A DNA stretch of 64,000 nt from Mobula hypostoma. Taxonomy: Eukaryota. Of the stretch, positions 10,197 to 22,432 are shown piece after piece (position 1 is the stretch's first letter; the number at the start of each line of letters is the position of its first letter). The notes under the pieces were generated by a model. It was not told where the DNA came from, searched no databases, and worked only from the letters and a program-made list of their open reading frames with translations. The stretch covers positions 155,744,001-155,808,000 of the forward strand of contig NC_086098.1 of NCBI RefSeq assembly GCF_963921235.1. Reading direction: 5' to 3'. Position numbers and translations under genes: made by a program.

Positions 10197-11500
10197 TTCT
10201 GTGTAAATTCAAGTCCTCTTTGCAACAGGTTTTTACATAAGAAAGCGAGTAAGTGAATTTATTCTATCAATAGATAAGTGGCAGAACTCTTTCCGGGTAA
10301 TCTACCGTCATCACATGTCTGTTATTTCCAAACAAAAGATCACTGAGATTTGTTGCTTGAAACTTAAATCCATCTATATGCACATTGAGATGAAACACCG
10401 GATGAGATTGATTTGAAAGCAACAACTGCATTTAAACCTTGAGCACACAACTCGAATGGAAATAAGGACATCGTTGTTACCAAATGGAGCGAACAATTGC
10501 AAGTCTTCTATCATGTATTGGGATAATGATCAACAGAAACGACCGTTTCCGCGGAGTTTTGTATCGCCTCACCATGGATTGCTGTGGTACAGGTGACATA
10601 AACCCTACGAACATTGAAAAAATATACATGATAACTGCAACAGTAACATTAATCAAAATAGCCGGAAGGAACATTTAATGATTTGAATTAAGCTAAATTT
10701 ACATTTGCAGCCAACATCCTACAGTTATCTTGCAAGGACAAGTTACAGGATTCGGGCTATTGTTTGGAGGCATTAACTGCTGCATAGGGTTGCATGCCTG
10801 ACATATCCCTCCTAACCTTTATCTTATCGATATGTTTCCGCAGTAATCGATGCAGCACGTTTCAGGTTATTTTCCCAATAGCTAAATCGCGCCGTTTCTG
10901 ACCTGGGCGTATCTGAGTTGAGTTGTGCGGAGGGAAATTTAGTTTACATCTGATTCTTGAGGTACTTTTTGTTGACTGTTTCATGCGGCACGGAATAAGT
11001 TAGTGCACGTGTTAGGTACAGAGTAAATCTCCTTTACTTTCCCAAATTATTATCTCCCCGAGTTTGCAATAGTGTAATTTATTACTGTACGATTTCTTTT
11101 CAAAGACTCCAAGGATACGAGTATGCTGAATTAAAAACAAATTCATTTCACTTAGAATATCGCGATAAACACTGGCATGGCCAGGACAACACGAGGTAGA
11201 TGGAAAGAAAAGCTGCGACACTGCCCGTCAGGGAGTAACAATCTTCAACAGACGATGAGAATTCTGCAGTAGCACCGTATCCTGAAACTAAATATGGAAT
11301 TTAGTTAAAGAGCTCCATTATTTCCATTCCAGCATCAGAATCGACTTCCTCTAGGGAATTGAGACTTTGCAGGCGACCGGTCGGGGCGGTTTGGAGCCAG
11401 TCATCATAATTGCATTAGATTTTAAAGGAGTGTTCAAAAGGAGGCAGGGTTAGTTCTCAAGTTAAAGGCCTAAAACGAGGCAAAGCAAAATATGATAGGA

Positions 11501-14500
11501 CCAACGACAGAGGCAGGAAGAGGGATGAGATCTTGAAGTCTGAGTTTCGGGAACTAGGCAGAAGACTGAAGAACAGGACCTCGAGGGTGGCGTTCTCAGG
11601 ATTGCTGCCAGTGCTATGTGAATGTGACGGTAAGAATTGGAGGAGATGGCAGTTGAATGCGTGGTTGAGGAGTTGGTGCAGGGAACAGGGATTTGGATTT
11701 TTGGATCATTGGGATCTCTTCTGGGGAAGGTGGGACCTGTACAGATTGGATGCGTCGCACCTGAACTCGAGGGGGAGCAATATCCTTGCAGGTAGTTTTG
11801 CTGGCATGGTTCGGGAGGGTTTAAACTGATTTGCAAGCGGGATGGGACCCAGAACGATAGAGCAGTGAAAGAAGTAAATGGAGTAAAGCCAGATCTGACA
11901 TATAGAGAGGCTTTGAGGAAAGAGAAGCAGAATAAACTGTGTAAAGACAGTAAGGTAAAAGGGCTGAAATGTGTGTACCTCAATGCAAGAAGCATCAGGA
12001 ACAAAGGTGATGAACTGAGAGCTTGGATACATACATGGAATTATGATGTAGTGGCCATAACAGAGACTTGGCTGGCACCAGTGCAGGAATGGACTCTCAA
12101 TATTCGTGGATTTCAGTGCTTTAAAGGGGATAGAGAGAGCGGAAAAAGGGGAGGAGGTGTGGCATTACTTGTCAGGGATACTATTACAGCTACAGAAAGA
12201 GTGGGTAATGTAGCAGGATCCTCTTTTGAGTCAGTATGTGTGGAAGTCAGGAACAGGAAGGGAGCAGTTACTCTGTTGGGGGTATTCTATAGGCACCCTG
12301 GTAGCAGCAGAGATACAGAGGAGCAGATTGGGAGGCAGATTTTGGAAAGGTGCAAAAATAACAGGGTTGTTATCATGGGTGACTTTAACTTCCCTAATAT
12401 TGACTGGCACCTGATTAGTTCCAAGGGTTTAGACGGGGCAGAGTTTGTTAAGTGTGTCCAGGACGGATTCCTGTCACAGTATGTGGACAGGCCGACTAGG
12501 GGGAATGCCATACTAGATCTAGTACTAGGTAATGAACCGGGTCAGGTCACAGATCTCTCAGTTAGTGAGCATCTGGGGGACAGTGACCACCGCTCCCTGG
12601 CCTTTAGCATTATCATGGCAAACGATAGAAACAGAGAGGACAGGAATTTTTTTAATTGGGGAAAGGCAAATTATGAGGCTATAAGGCTACAACTTGCGGG
12701 TGTGAATTGGGATGATGTTTTTGCAGAGAAATGTACTATAGACATGTGGTCGATGTTTAGAGATCTCTTGCAGGATGTTAGGGATAAATTTATCCCGGTA
12801 AGGAAGATAAAGAATGGTAGGGTGAAGGAACCATGGGTGACAAGTGAGGTGGAAAATCTAGTCAGGTGGAAGAAGGCAGCATACATGAGGTTTAGGAAAC
12901 AGTGATCAGATGGGTCTATTGAGGAATATAGGGCAGCAAGAAAGGAGCTTAAGAAAGAGCTGAGAAGAGCAAGAAGGGAGTATGAGAAGGCCTTGGCGAT
13001 TAGGGTAAAGGAAAACCCCAAAGCATTCTTCAATTATGTGAAGAAGAAAAAAGGATGACAGGAGTGAAGATAGGACCGATTAGAGATAAAGGTGGGAAGC
13101 TGTGCCCGGAGGCTGTGAAAGTGAGCGAGGTCCTCATTAAATACTTCTGTACGGTATTCACCATTGAGAGAGAACTTGATGATGGTGAGGACAATATGAG
13201 TGAGGTTGATGTTCTGGAGCATGTTGATATTAATGGAGAGGAGGTGTTGGAGTTGTTAAAATACATTAGGACGGATAAGTCCCTGAGGCCTGATGGAATA
13301 TTCCCCAGGCTGCTCCACGAGTCGAGGGAAGAGATTGCTGAGCCTCTGGCTAGGATCTTTATGTCCTCGTTGTCCACGGGAATGGTACCGGAAGATTGAA
13401 AGGAGGCGAATGTTGTCCCCTTGCTCAAAAAAGGTAGTAGGGATAGTCCGGGTAATTATAGACCAGTGAGCCTTACGTCTGTGGTGGAAAAGCTGTTGGA
13501 AAAGATTCTTAGAGATAGGATCTCTGGGCATTTAGAGAATCATGGTCTGATCAGGGACAGTCAGCATGGCTTTGTGAAGGGAAGATCGTGTCTAACAAGC
13601 CTGATCGAGTTCTTTGAGGAGATGACCAGGCATATAGATGAGGGTAGTGCAGTGTATGTGATCTATATGGATTTTAGTAAGGCATTTGACAAGGTTCCAC
13701 ACGGTAGGCTTATTCAGAAAGTCAGAAGGCATGGGATCCAGGGAAGTTTGGCCAGGTGGATTCAGAATTGGCTTGCCTGCAGAAGACAGAATGTCGTTGT
13801 GGAGGGAGTACATTCAGATTGGAGGATTGTGACTAGTGGTGTCCCACAAGGATCTGTTCTGGGACCTCTCCTTTTCGTGATTTTTATTAATCACCTGGAT
13901 GTTGGGGTACAAGGTGGGCGGGTTTGCAAGTTTACAGACGCCACAAAGGTTGGTGGTGTTGTAGGTAGTGTAGAGGATTGTCAAAGATTGCAGAGAGACA
14001 TTGATAGGATGCAGAAGTGGGCTGAGAAATGACAGATGCAGTTCAACCCGGAGAAGTGTGAGGTGGTACACTTTGGAAGGATAAACTCCGAGGTAGAGTA
14101 CAAAGTAAATGGCAGGTTACTTGGTAGTGCGGAGGAGCAGAGGGATCTGGGGGTACATGTCCACAGATGCCTGAAAGTTGCCTCACAGGTAGATAGGGTA
14201 GTTAAGAAAGCTTATGGAGTGTTAGCTTTTATAAGTCGAGGGATAGAGTTTAAGAGTCGCGATGTAATGATGCAGCTCTATAAAACTGGTTAGGCCACAC
14301 TTGGGAGTATTGTGTCCAGTTCTGGTCGCCTCACTATAGGAAGCATGCGGAAGCATTGGAAAGGGTACAGAGGAGATTTACCAGGATGCTGAATGGTTTA
14401 GAGAGTATGGATTATGATCAGAGATTAAGTGAGCTGGGGCTTTACTCTTTGGAGAGAAGGAGGATGAGAGGAGACATGATAGAGGTGTACAAAATAATAA

Positions 14501-14828
14501 GAGGAATAGATAGAGTGGATAGCCAGCGCCTCTTCCCCAGGGCACCACTGCTCAATACAAGAGGACATGGCTTTAAGGTAAGGGGTGGGAAGTTCAAGGG
14601 GGATATTAGAGGAAGGTTTTTTACTCCGAGAGTGGTTGGTGCGTGGAATGCACTGCCTGAGTCAGTGGTGGAGGCAGAGGCACTAGTGAAGTTTAAGAGA
14701 CTACTAGGCAGGTATATGGAGGAATTTAAGGTGGGGTCTGATATGGGAGGCAGGGTTTGAGAGTCGGCACAACATTGTGGGCCGAAGGGCCTGTACTGTG
14801 CTGTACTATTCTATGTTCTATGTTCTAT
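11501..14828 (+). mobile_element. CR1 LINE (ORF1 esterase end plus disrupted APE-RT ORF2), 5'-truncated
   Basis: ORF1 end with SGLLP..HLN; APE motifs YLNARSI, ITETW, MGDFN, SDH; RT motifs NYRPVSLTS, DFSKAFDKV, GVPQGSVLGP; (ttctatg)n tail. Several stops and frameshifts. Confidence 0.95.
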
Positions 14829-15729
14829 TAGACCGGATCTCTCAAAGATCAATTCACAGAAGCTGCTAGCAGGCATAGTGAAGTTTGGCAAGTCGGAAGC
14901 TTTTGAAAATGAGACACAGAGAATTCAGGGCCAATTTAGCAGTGAACGGCAAGGTAGGTAGGATTCAGGACAGCTGACTGATGGAAGAAGATTGAGATCT
15001 GCCGAAGTGAAAGGAATAGCCAGCTGGGATGTTGAAAAACCTGTTAGGAAAATAAGGACTGATGGATTCTAGTTAATAAAGAAATCAGGAACTTATAGGG
15101 ACATCAGACATACTTGACAGATAGGTTGATCCTAAGAGATTCTTTAAATATAAAAGGCAGCTGGGGAGATCAAAGGTCTACTTAAGAATTAATTTGATCG
15201 TCGAGACGAAGGAGGATCTAAATGAAGACTTCTACTCTTCTTAGAATAGGAGAAGTCATGGAAGCTAGAAAACTGAGGGACGAACACAGTGATGTCCTGG
15301 AAGGTAATGATAGTATGCAAAATCACTGTTGTTGTGTTTTTGAGGAGGATAATGGTGAATAGCTACCGGTATCTTTGCCATCTATATCCGAAAACGTGTA
15401 GCAAGCTTACATGCACAAGGGTGGCTGATGCTGCATGTTTATTTAAGAGAAACGTTAAAGATAAGCTGCGGAATTACAGCCTGGCAAGCCTAAAATTAGT
15501 GGTGGGAAAGTTACTGCAGGTGATTCTGTAAGACAGGATCTATATGCATATAGAAGCGCAAGGAATAATCAGGTGTAGTTAAGGTGGATTTATGCGTGAG
15601 TAATCACGGCTCCCGAATTTAAAATGCTGTTTTGAAGATGTGACCAAAATAGTTGATGAGAGCAGGGCTATAGTTGACCACATGGAATGGACGCCTTGAA
15701 TTATAATGAACGACTGGGATAATCTGGGA

Positions 15730-15819
15730 ACACACATCAAATTTGCTGGTGACGCAGCAGGCCAGGCAGCATCTCCAGGAAGAGGTACAATCGACGTTTC
15801 GGGCCGATACCCTTCGTCA
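15730..15819 (-). mobile_element. Penelope terminal mini-insertion carrying a hammerhead core
   Basis: Reverse complement of the Penelope 3' end. 13-bp TSD ggataatctggga (15717-15729, 15820-15832). Confidence 0.85.
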
Positions 15820-16039
15820 GGATAATCTGGGATTGCTTTCCTTAGACGCAAGTGGGCTGGTGTGATGTTATCGAGGTTTGCAGGGTGAATGCTCGAAGTC
15901 CATTTCCCATTGACGCGTTGCCTAAAACTGGAGTGGATAGGCTTAATGTGAGTGAGAAATATCAAAGGGGATTATGAATAACTTTTCATCACAAAACTGG
16001 TGATTATGTAGATATACAAACGTACCTGCCAGAAGAAGT

Positions 16040-17015
16040 CCGGGTCCAACATATTATTCTCCGTAACTTCCGCCACCTCCAACGGGATCCCACCACTAAG
16101 CACATCTTTCCCTCCCCCACTCTCTCTGCATTCCGCAGGGATCACTCCCTACGCAACTCCCTTGTCCATTCGTCCCCCCCCATCCCTCCCCACTGATCTC
16201 CCTCCTGGCACTTATCCGTGTAAGCGGAACAAGTGCTACACATGCCCTTACACTTCCTCCCTTACCACCATTCAGGGCCCCAAACAGTCCTTCCAGGTGA
16301 GGCAACACTTCACCTGTGAGTCGACTGGGGTGATATACTGCGTCTGGTGCTCCCGATGTGGCCTTTTATATATTGGCGAGACCCGACGCAGACTGGGAGA
16401 CCGCTTTGCTGAACATCTACGCTCTGTCCGCCAGAGAAAGCATGATCTCCCAGTGGCCACACATTTTAATTCCACATCCCATTCCCATTCTGACATGTCT
16501 ATCCACGGCCTCCTCTACTGTGAAGATGAAGCCACACTCAGGTTGGAGGAACAACACCCTATATTCCGTCTGGGTAGCCTCCAACCTGATGGCATGAACA
16601 TCGACTTCTCTAACTTCCGCTAAGGCCCCACCTCCCCCTCGTACCCCATCTGTTACTTATTTTTATGCACACATTCCTTCTCTCACTCTCCTTTTTCTCT
16701 CTCTGTCCCTCTGAATATACCTCTTGCCCATCCTCTGGGTCCCTCCCCCCTCCTTGTCTTTCTTCCCGGACCTCCTGTCCCATGATCCTCTCGTATCCCC
16801 TTTTGCCTATCACCTGTCCAGCTCTCGGCTCTATCCCTCCCCCTCCTGTCTTCTCCTATCATTTTGGATCTCCCCCTCCCCCTCCAGCTTTCAAATCCCT
16901 TACTCACTCTTCCTTCAGTTAGTCCTGACGAAGGGTCTCGGCCTGAAACGTCGACTGCACCTCTTCCTACAGATGCTGCCTGGCCTGTTGCGTTCACCAG
17001 CAACTTTGATGCGTG
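16040..17015 (+). mobile_element. 5'-truncated Penelope-like element (GIY-YIG end plus 3' repeat)
   Basis: ORF 16162-16623 with CGLLYIGETRRRLGDRFAEH. 14-bp TSD ctgccagaagaagt (16026-16039, 17016-17029). Confidence 0.92.
16921..16956 (+). ncRNA. Minimal hammerhead ribozyme
   Basis: AGTC CTGACGA AGGG TCTCGG CCT GAAACGTC GACT. Confidence 0.82.
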
Positions 17016-17809
17016 CTGCCAGAAGAAGTGACAGGCGCTGCAGCAATTACAGGTTTAAAAGCCGTTTGGAGATGTGCACGGATAGGAAGTGTTCAAAGGG
17101 ATACGTGAAAAATGCCGGTGAATGGGTCCAGCTCAAGAAGACTCCTTAGTCGGCATAGACGAAGTGGGTCGAAGCATTGGGGTGGTGGTCGCAATGCAGT
17201 GATAAATGCGTTTATCGATCAGCTGCTGCATTGGTTGTTTGGAGCAGATGGGGCTCGTTAGCCGTGGTTGGCATCTCATCTAGGAGAAGGAAAACTCTGT
17301 TCTCTAACCTCTGTTGCCTTGTGGCAATACCCACTCATGGGGAAGGCTTCGGAGTAAATCCCGAGGGAACAATCTGGAGCCGCAGTCCCTGCGGCAGTCT
17401 CACATTGACTGTTAACTGCTGCGACGCTGCTGGTACCAAATTGTATCGGTGTCTCTCGTTCCTTTGGATTCACCACATGCGTGGGGGTGGGGGTGGGGGA
17501 GGACTAGCTACATGTGCAACAGCTTGCCGTTGATATCGTACTGCACAGACTTGCATATTTGGACAACTGTGATGCCACACACATGGTCGACTATGACTGA
17601 CGGATGGCCTCGCCTCATCTCACTACATAGGCGGCTCCTATCTCACAATGCACGCGAGAGAGTGATTGTTGATACCTCGCCCTTCCTGGCTTCATAGCAT
17701 GGCATAGGAAGTGAGTTGAAGTTGCAAGGCTGAGGAAGAGAGAATGTTTGTGTATGTTATCGCTTCCGAATTGAGAAGTGCTGGAGTAGAGCTCTGTATT
17801 TGTTTACGA

Positions 17810-17877
17810 AGAGGCTCGAACTAGCGACCTTCAGATCACTAGACCGACGCCTTGACCACTTGGCCACGCGCCAACAC
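17810..17877 (-). mobile_element. tRNA-derived SINE head
   Basis: Minus strand has A box TGGCCAAGTGG and B box AGTTCGAGCC, with no complete cloverleaf. Confidence 0.65.
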
Positions 17878-18057
17878 GATCGGTACACAATCGGTACCGT
17901 TGTACAATGTCAATCCATATTTGTCACTTGTCTTCAGTATGAGACTTGAACCCCCAACCTGCCAAAGGAATGGCCACAGGTCAAGCCACCAAGTATTAAA
18001 TGTCTGACACACGATTTGTTATTAGACTTTAATATGGACATTACTTTCTCATTCCAG

Positions 18058-18377
18058 ATGAAAAATTGCCCAGCTCTTCGATTGCTGTTCTTCCACCCGT
18101 GACTAAACAGAACAAAGAAGGACAGATAGTGACTCTGCTATGACTAGTCTACATATTTTTTTCTCTGGACCGGTAGTGGTGTCTTGAGAAATGGATTACG
18201 ATGTCGTGGACTGGTGTCCAGACAAATCGAGCCGTCCGGTATAGCGACCAGACCCACACCGTGAGCCGTCAGCTCACGCTGACCGCCTCCGAGTGAAACT
18301 CAGAAGAAAAGTGAACTTGTGGGGTTATAATCAAGTCTCCAGGGAAGCGAAGCATCCAGAGGACAGGCTGCGTGTAA
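18058..18377 (+). pseudogene. Orphan Ig light-chain C pseudo-exon 1 (divergent lambda-like)
   Basis: Acceptor ttccAG precedes KLPSSSIAVLPP..VTLL*LV (TGA at 18141 replaces Cys1) ...LTLTASE*NSEEK*TCGV..KRSIQRTGCV*. Confidence 0.85.
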
Positions 18378-19459
18378 GGGGGAGCCAGTCGGATGGGTGC
18401 GCGCTGTTCTTTACGGTCGGGCACAGCAAAGTTCCACGATTGTTTCCTTTCTGTTTGCAAGCGGCTTTCCTACAGTTGTGCTTTAAGTTATGGTATGAAA
18501 AAAACCTTCACTTTGAAAATGTGATGTAGAATCTATTGTTCCAGAAAATAAAATTATATTCTTCTGGCAACATATATATCCAGTGTGCCAACGATTGAGT
18601 ATAACCAGAGGACGAGCAGCTGATGCCGTGTTCTGGTTGTATTGGTTATTATCCATAAAACTGGGAAGAGGAATATGGCATTTTGTCATTTAACATGTTG
18701 AAACCCTCATTAGGTTCTGGTCGATATTCGATCTCAGCGTCATGTTCATGCCCTTACCGTTAATATTGAGAAATCCGCGGTTTTATGAACGAATTTAATG
18801 ACGATGCCTCCAAAGGTTGGAGAATTACCCCATCGACAGCACATTAAGTAGGTGTGGTTGAGTAAGGTGCAGGCTGTGCCGAGGTGTCATATCTGGGAAC
18901 TTGACGGAACGTCCCTAAGTCGGAATTCCGGCAAAAGGCCGCGATCCCTTCTCACTTCTTTTTCTAGTAGCAACCGATCAGTCTGATACTGGTGCGATGG
19001 TTGTGGACCCCTCGTCTCGGAAGGTATCTTGTCATTATGCGGCATGTTAAGATATGTTGAAATTTACATTTTCATCGAGATCTCCCCTCATTCGCGTAAA
19101 TTCTGGAGAAAACAGAGTCAGACGACGCAATTTCTTCTCAGATAGCGAAACTGGGACTCGCCTGTTGAAATCCCTCCATCTTTTTAGCAGCGATAGCTGA
19201 ACCACACAATGACGTCACCATTCCTGTACCATTCCCTACACACCACAAACAATGGTGTCTCCAATGTTTTGAAGTGGTGAATTTGGCGCAGGATACCAGG
19301 CACAATCTACAGTGTAATGCTGGGTGACGTCCTTTCGGTTCTGCTACAGGTTCTTGCAGCGTTGCATTTGTTGTTGCAAAGAAAACTGTCTGGCATACAG
19401 ATAATTTTCAAATATCTTTCTCAAAGTTTGAAAATGTGCACTTTAAATCGAATTACCAA

Positions 19460-20185
19460 TTGGAATGGAATTGACTTTCACGTACATGAGGTGTAAAAAT
19501 CTTTAAGTTACGTCTCCGTCTAAATGTGCAATGTGCAATCATAGTAATTCATAATAATTGATAACGAATAAAACAGTCAATGTAACATAGAAATACACTC
19601 AAATCAGCAGGAGTTAATCAGTCTGATGCTCTGGTGGAAGAAGCTGTCCCGGAGCCTGCTGGTCCTGGCTTCGGTGCTGCAGAAACGTTTCCCGGATGGT
19701 TGCAGCTGGAATAGATTGTGGTTCTGGTGCCTTGGGTCCCTAATCGTCCTTCGGACACTTTTTTCACACCCTAACCCTAAATGTTCTGAAAAATTGGAAG
19801 TTCACATCTACAGATGCACTGGGCTGTCCTCATCGTTCTCGGCAGAATCCTGCGATTAGGGGAGTTACAGTTCTCATACCAGGCGGTGATGCAGCAAGTC
19901 TCGATGCTCTCAATTGTGCCCCTGTAGAAAGTTCTTAGAATTTGAGGGCCCATACCAAACTACCTCAACCGTCTATTTTGCCTTTTTCACCACACAGCTG
20001 GTGTGTACCGACCACGTGAGGTCCTCGGCGATATGAATGCCGAGGTGCCTAAACCTCTCAACCCCAGATCCATTGCTGTCAATACGGGTTAGCCTGTATC
20101 CATTCCTTCTGTAGTCCACAGACAGATCCTTTCTTTTTGCGACATTGAGGCAGAGATTGTTTTGACAATTGCATGTCGTCGAAAA
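19460..20185 (-). mobile_element. Rex1/Babar-like LINE 3' fragment
   Basis: Minus strand HLGIHIAEDLTWSVHTSCVVKKA motif. Paralog at about 38490-38965 plus 42043-42330. Confidence 0.65.
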
Positions 20186-20402
20186 AGATTTAACTAAAAC
20201 TGTCAACGCGGAACAAGTCAAACAGCTTTCCGTATAAATCTTAACATTTTAGTTCAGTTCCCTTGCATTACAAAGTGTAAATGGCTGAAGTATAGAGGAT
20301 AGGTAGGGCACAGAAAACAAAAACATGTCCGGTATAGGATGAAGGGAAAACGAATGGCCCACTCCATCAAGAGAAATGTGGTGAAACACAGGTTTTTACT
20401 TG

Positions 20403-20720
20403 TTTAGAGATACAGCACTGAACAGGCCCTTCCGGTCCAACGAGCCACACCATTGATCAGCCTACCTATTTCAAACGAGCCTAGGCCCAGGAGAATTTAC
20501 GATGACCAATTAACTTAGTAACGGGAACGTCTTTGAACTGTGGGAGGAAACCTCAGCATCCGGAAGAAACCCACGCGTTCACGGGAAGAACAAACAAACT
20601 CCAACACACAGCGCCGTTAGTGAAGTCCGAACTATGGTACTCCCCGATTTGTTTCAGCAACTAATTTTATTTAAAACAGTTTAAGTTTTTGTAGTCTTGC
20701 GCTGACCGCTGCGCTACCGG
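20403..20720 (-). mobile_element. V-SINE/HE1-like SINE (paralogous copies at about 26062-26325 and 42553-42835)
   Basis: Conserved core close to GGGTTTCYTCCGGRTGCTCCGGTTTCCTCCCACA on the minus strand, with CR1-like tail. Confidence 0.7.
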
Positions 20721-22432
20721 GATGCCCAGGAACACGGGCAAGGAGAGGTGTAAGTGAATACAAGAGCTTAGATTAAATCAGGTAACATGTACAAAAGGGA
20801 AATCCTTTGCGGATCTTCCTCAAGATAAGCATGTTCCCGCATTGTACAAATATTGTCAAGACAGAGGATCAACCGCTGTTAATTGCGAAACGCCGAAGGG
20901 CATTCTCGGAACAGTAAAGGTGCAGCTAAATTTGAATATAGAAAATGCTGGGAACAGTCAGCAGGGCAGGGAGCCTTGGTGTAAGAAGAGGCATTGCCGA
21001 CAATTCAATTCATCAGAATTCCTGATGGTAGGTGTGGTATCTGAAACGCAAACTCTGTTTCTTCTTCCACAGACCCTGTTTAAGCTGCCGGGTCACCAGC
21101 ATGTTCAGTTTTCGCTTTAGATTTCCAGCATCCGACGTTCATTTTGATTGTCGTACGAATATGACGTCGGAAGGTAGTGAGGTGCAACAGAAGATCACAT
21201 GTACGCAAAAGAGCAAAAAGGAAACCATCTTTTCAAGATAAGGTGCTGAGTGTAAACATAGAAACATAGAAAACCTACAGGTGTAGTGCCTGCTCAGCCA
21301 CGCCCCTCCCTCCACCGTTCAGCGTCACGTGAAGCCACGGAATAGATGCTCGATGGTCGCATGAGCAGCCGGTGCATATCACAAGTCCTGGTTATGCGTC
21401 CATAGACGCCTGACAGACATTTTCTGAAGAGTGATGATAATGGCTGGGGTCTCTCCTCTTGTAAAGTCACTGCCCACAAGAAGGCAATGGCATACGACTT
21501 CTGCAGAAAAAATTGCAAGAATAATCATGGTCTTAGATCGCTCACGTCATACAAAACTTCACATAATGCTGATGATGTTCTTAGATAAATTAAGCAGGCA
21601 TTCTCGAAGTAAAAGCTTTTTTGTAAATTCGACTCTTCATTCAAGCAGAAGAGGTGAACAGCGAGAAGACTTCGTAGGGTCTTGTTGAAGTCAAAGCATA
21701 GTAGATGGGAAAATTACAAAATATATGTTAGTTACCTGAGGAGCTATTAGCAGGAATAGGAATTTTGAACAAATATTTAAGTCATGGGTGTTGTTATCCT
21801 ATTTTACGGGGTTCTTTTATTCTACAAAGAATATCAGACGAAAACCTATAGATTTGAGTCATTTTCGGGAGCATACATTGAGAGCATGTTTGACAGAAAG
21901 AAATTGAAAGGGATAGTTAGCCTGGCCTGCTGAGTTCCTCCAGCATTTTGCCTGTGCGTTACTGTATTTGTTACTGTACGGCAAGTGTTCGTTATTTCTA
22001 AACATAAGACTACTGAGATTTATTGCTTGTAACTTCAATCGTTCTATATTCACATTAACGTAACAGCGAATGAGGTTAGTTTGAAAGTAACAGCAGCATT
22101 TAAACCTTCAGCGCTCATGGGAATAAGTGCATTGTTGTTACAAAATGATTTGAAGCGAACGATTAGAAGTCTTCTTTAATATGTTAGGATGATGAACACA
22201 GAAACGACTGTTTCTATGGCGCTTTCTATCCCCTCACTAGAGATTGCTGCAGTACAGTTATCGTGAACCCTGCAGACATACATGATTCGAATTCCATTTG
22301 TTGTTGAATAAGATTAATCAAAATAGTCCCCATGAATATTTAAGGAGTTGCATTAAACTAATTTACATTTGCAGCAATCATTCTGCAGTTATCTTGAAAG
22401 GGCACATTACTGGGTTTGGTCTATTATTTGGA

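Larger units (their letters stand above)
14829..17180 (+). mobile_element. Very old CR1 relic in the duplicated unit, interrupted by two Penelope insertions
   Basis: Decayed NYSLASL..VGK, QHGF-like and FFT motifs. Paralogs at about 23900-24540 and 55300-57150. Confidence 0.6.

Noticed and set aside
11079-11090. TAT TAC TGT (YYC) as the remnant of a plus-strand V for the orphan C
   Set aside because: Not conserved in the two paralogs, and no WYQQ, first Cys or FGxG motif at the expected spacing.
17810-17877. tRNA genes here and at about 7520 and 51650-51715
   Set aside because: These have A/B boxes but no complete cloverleaf and continue into SINE bodies, some with TSDs.
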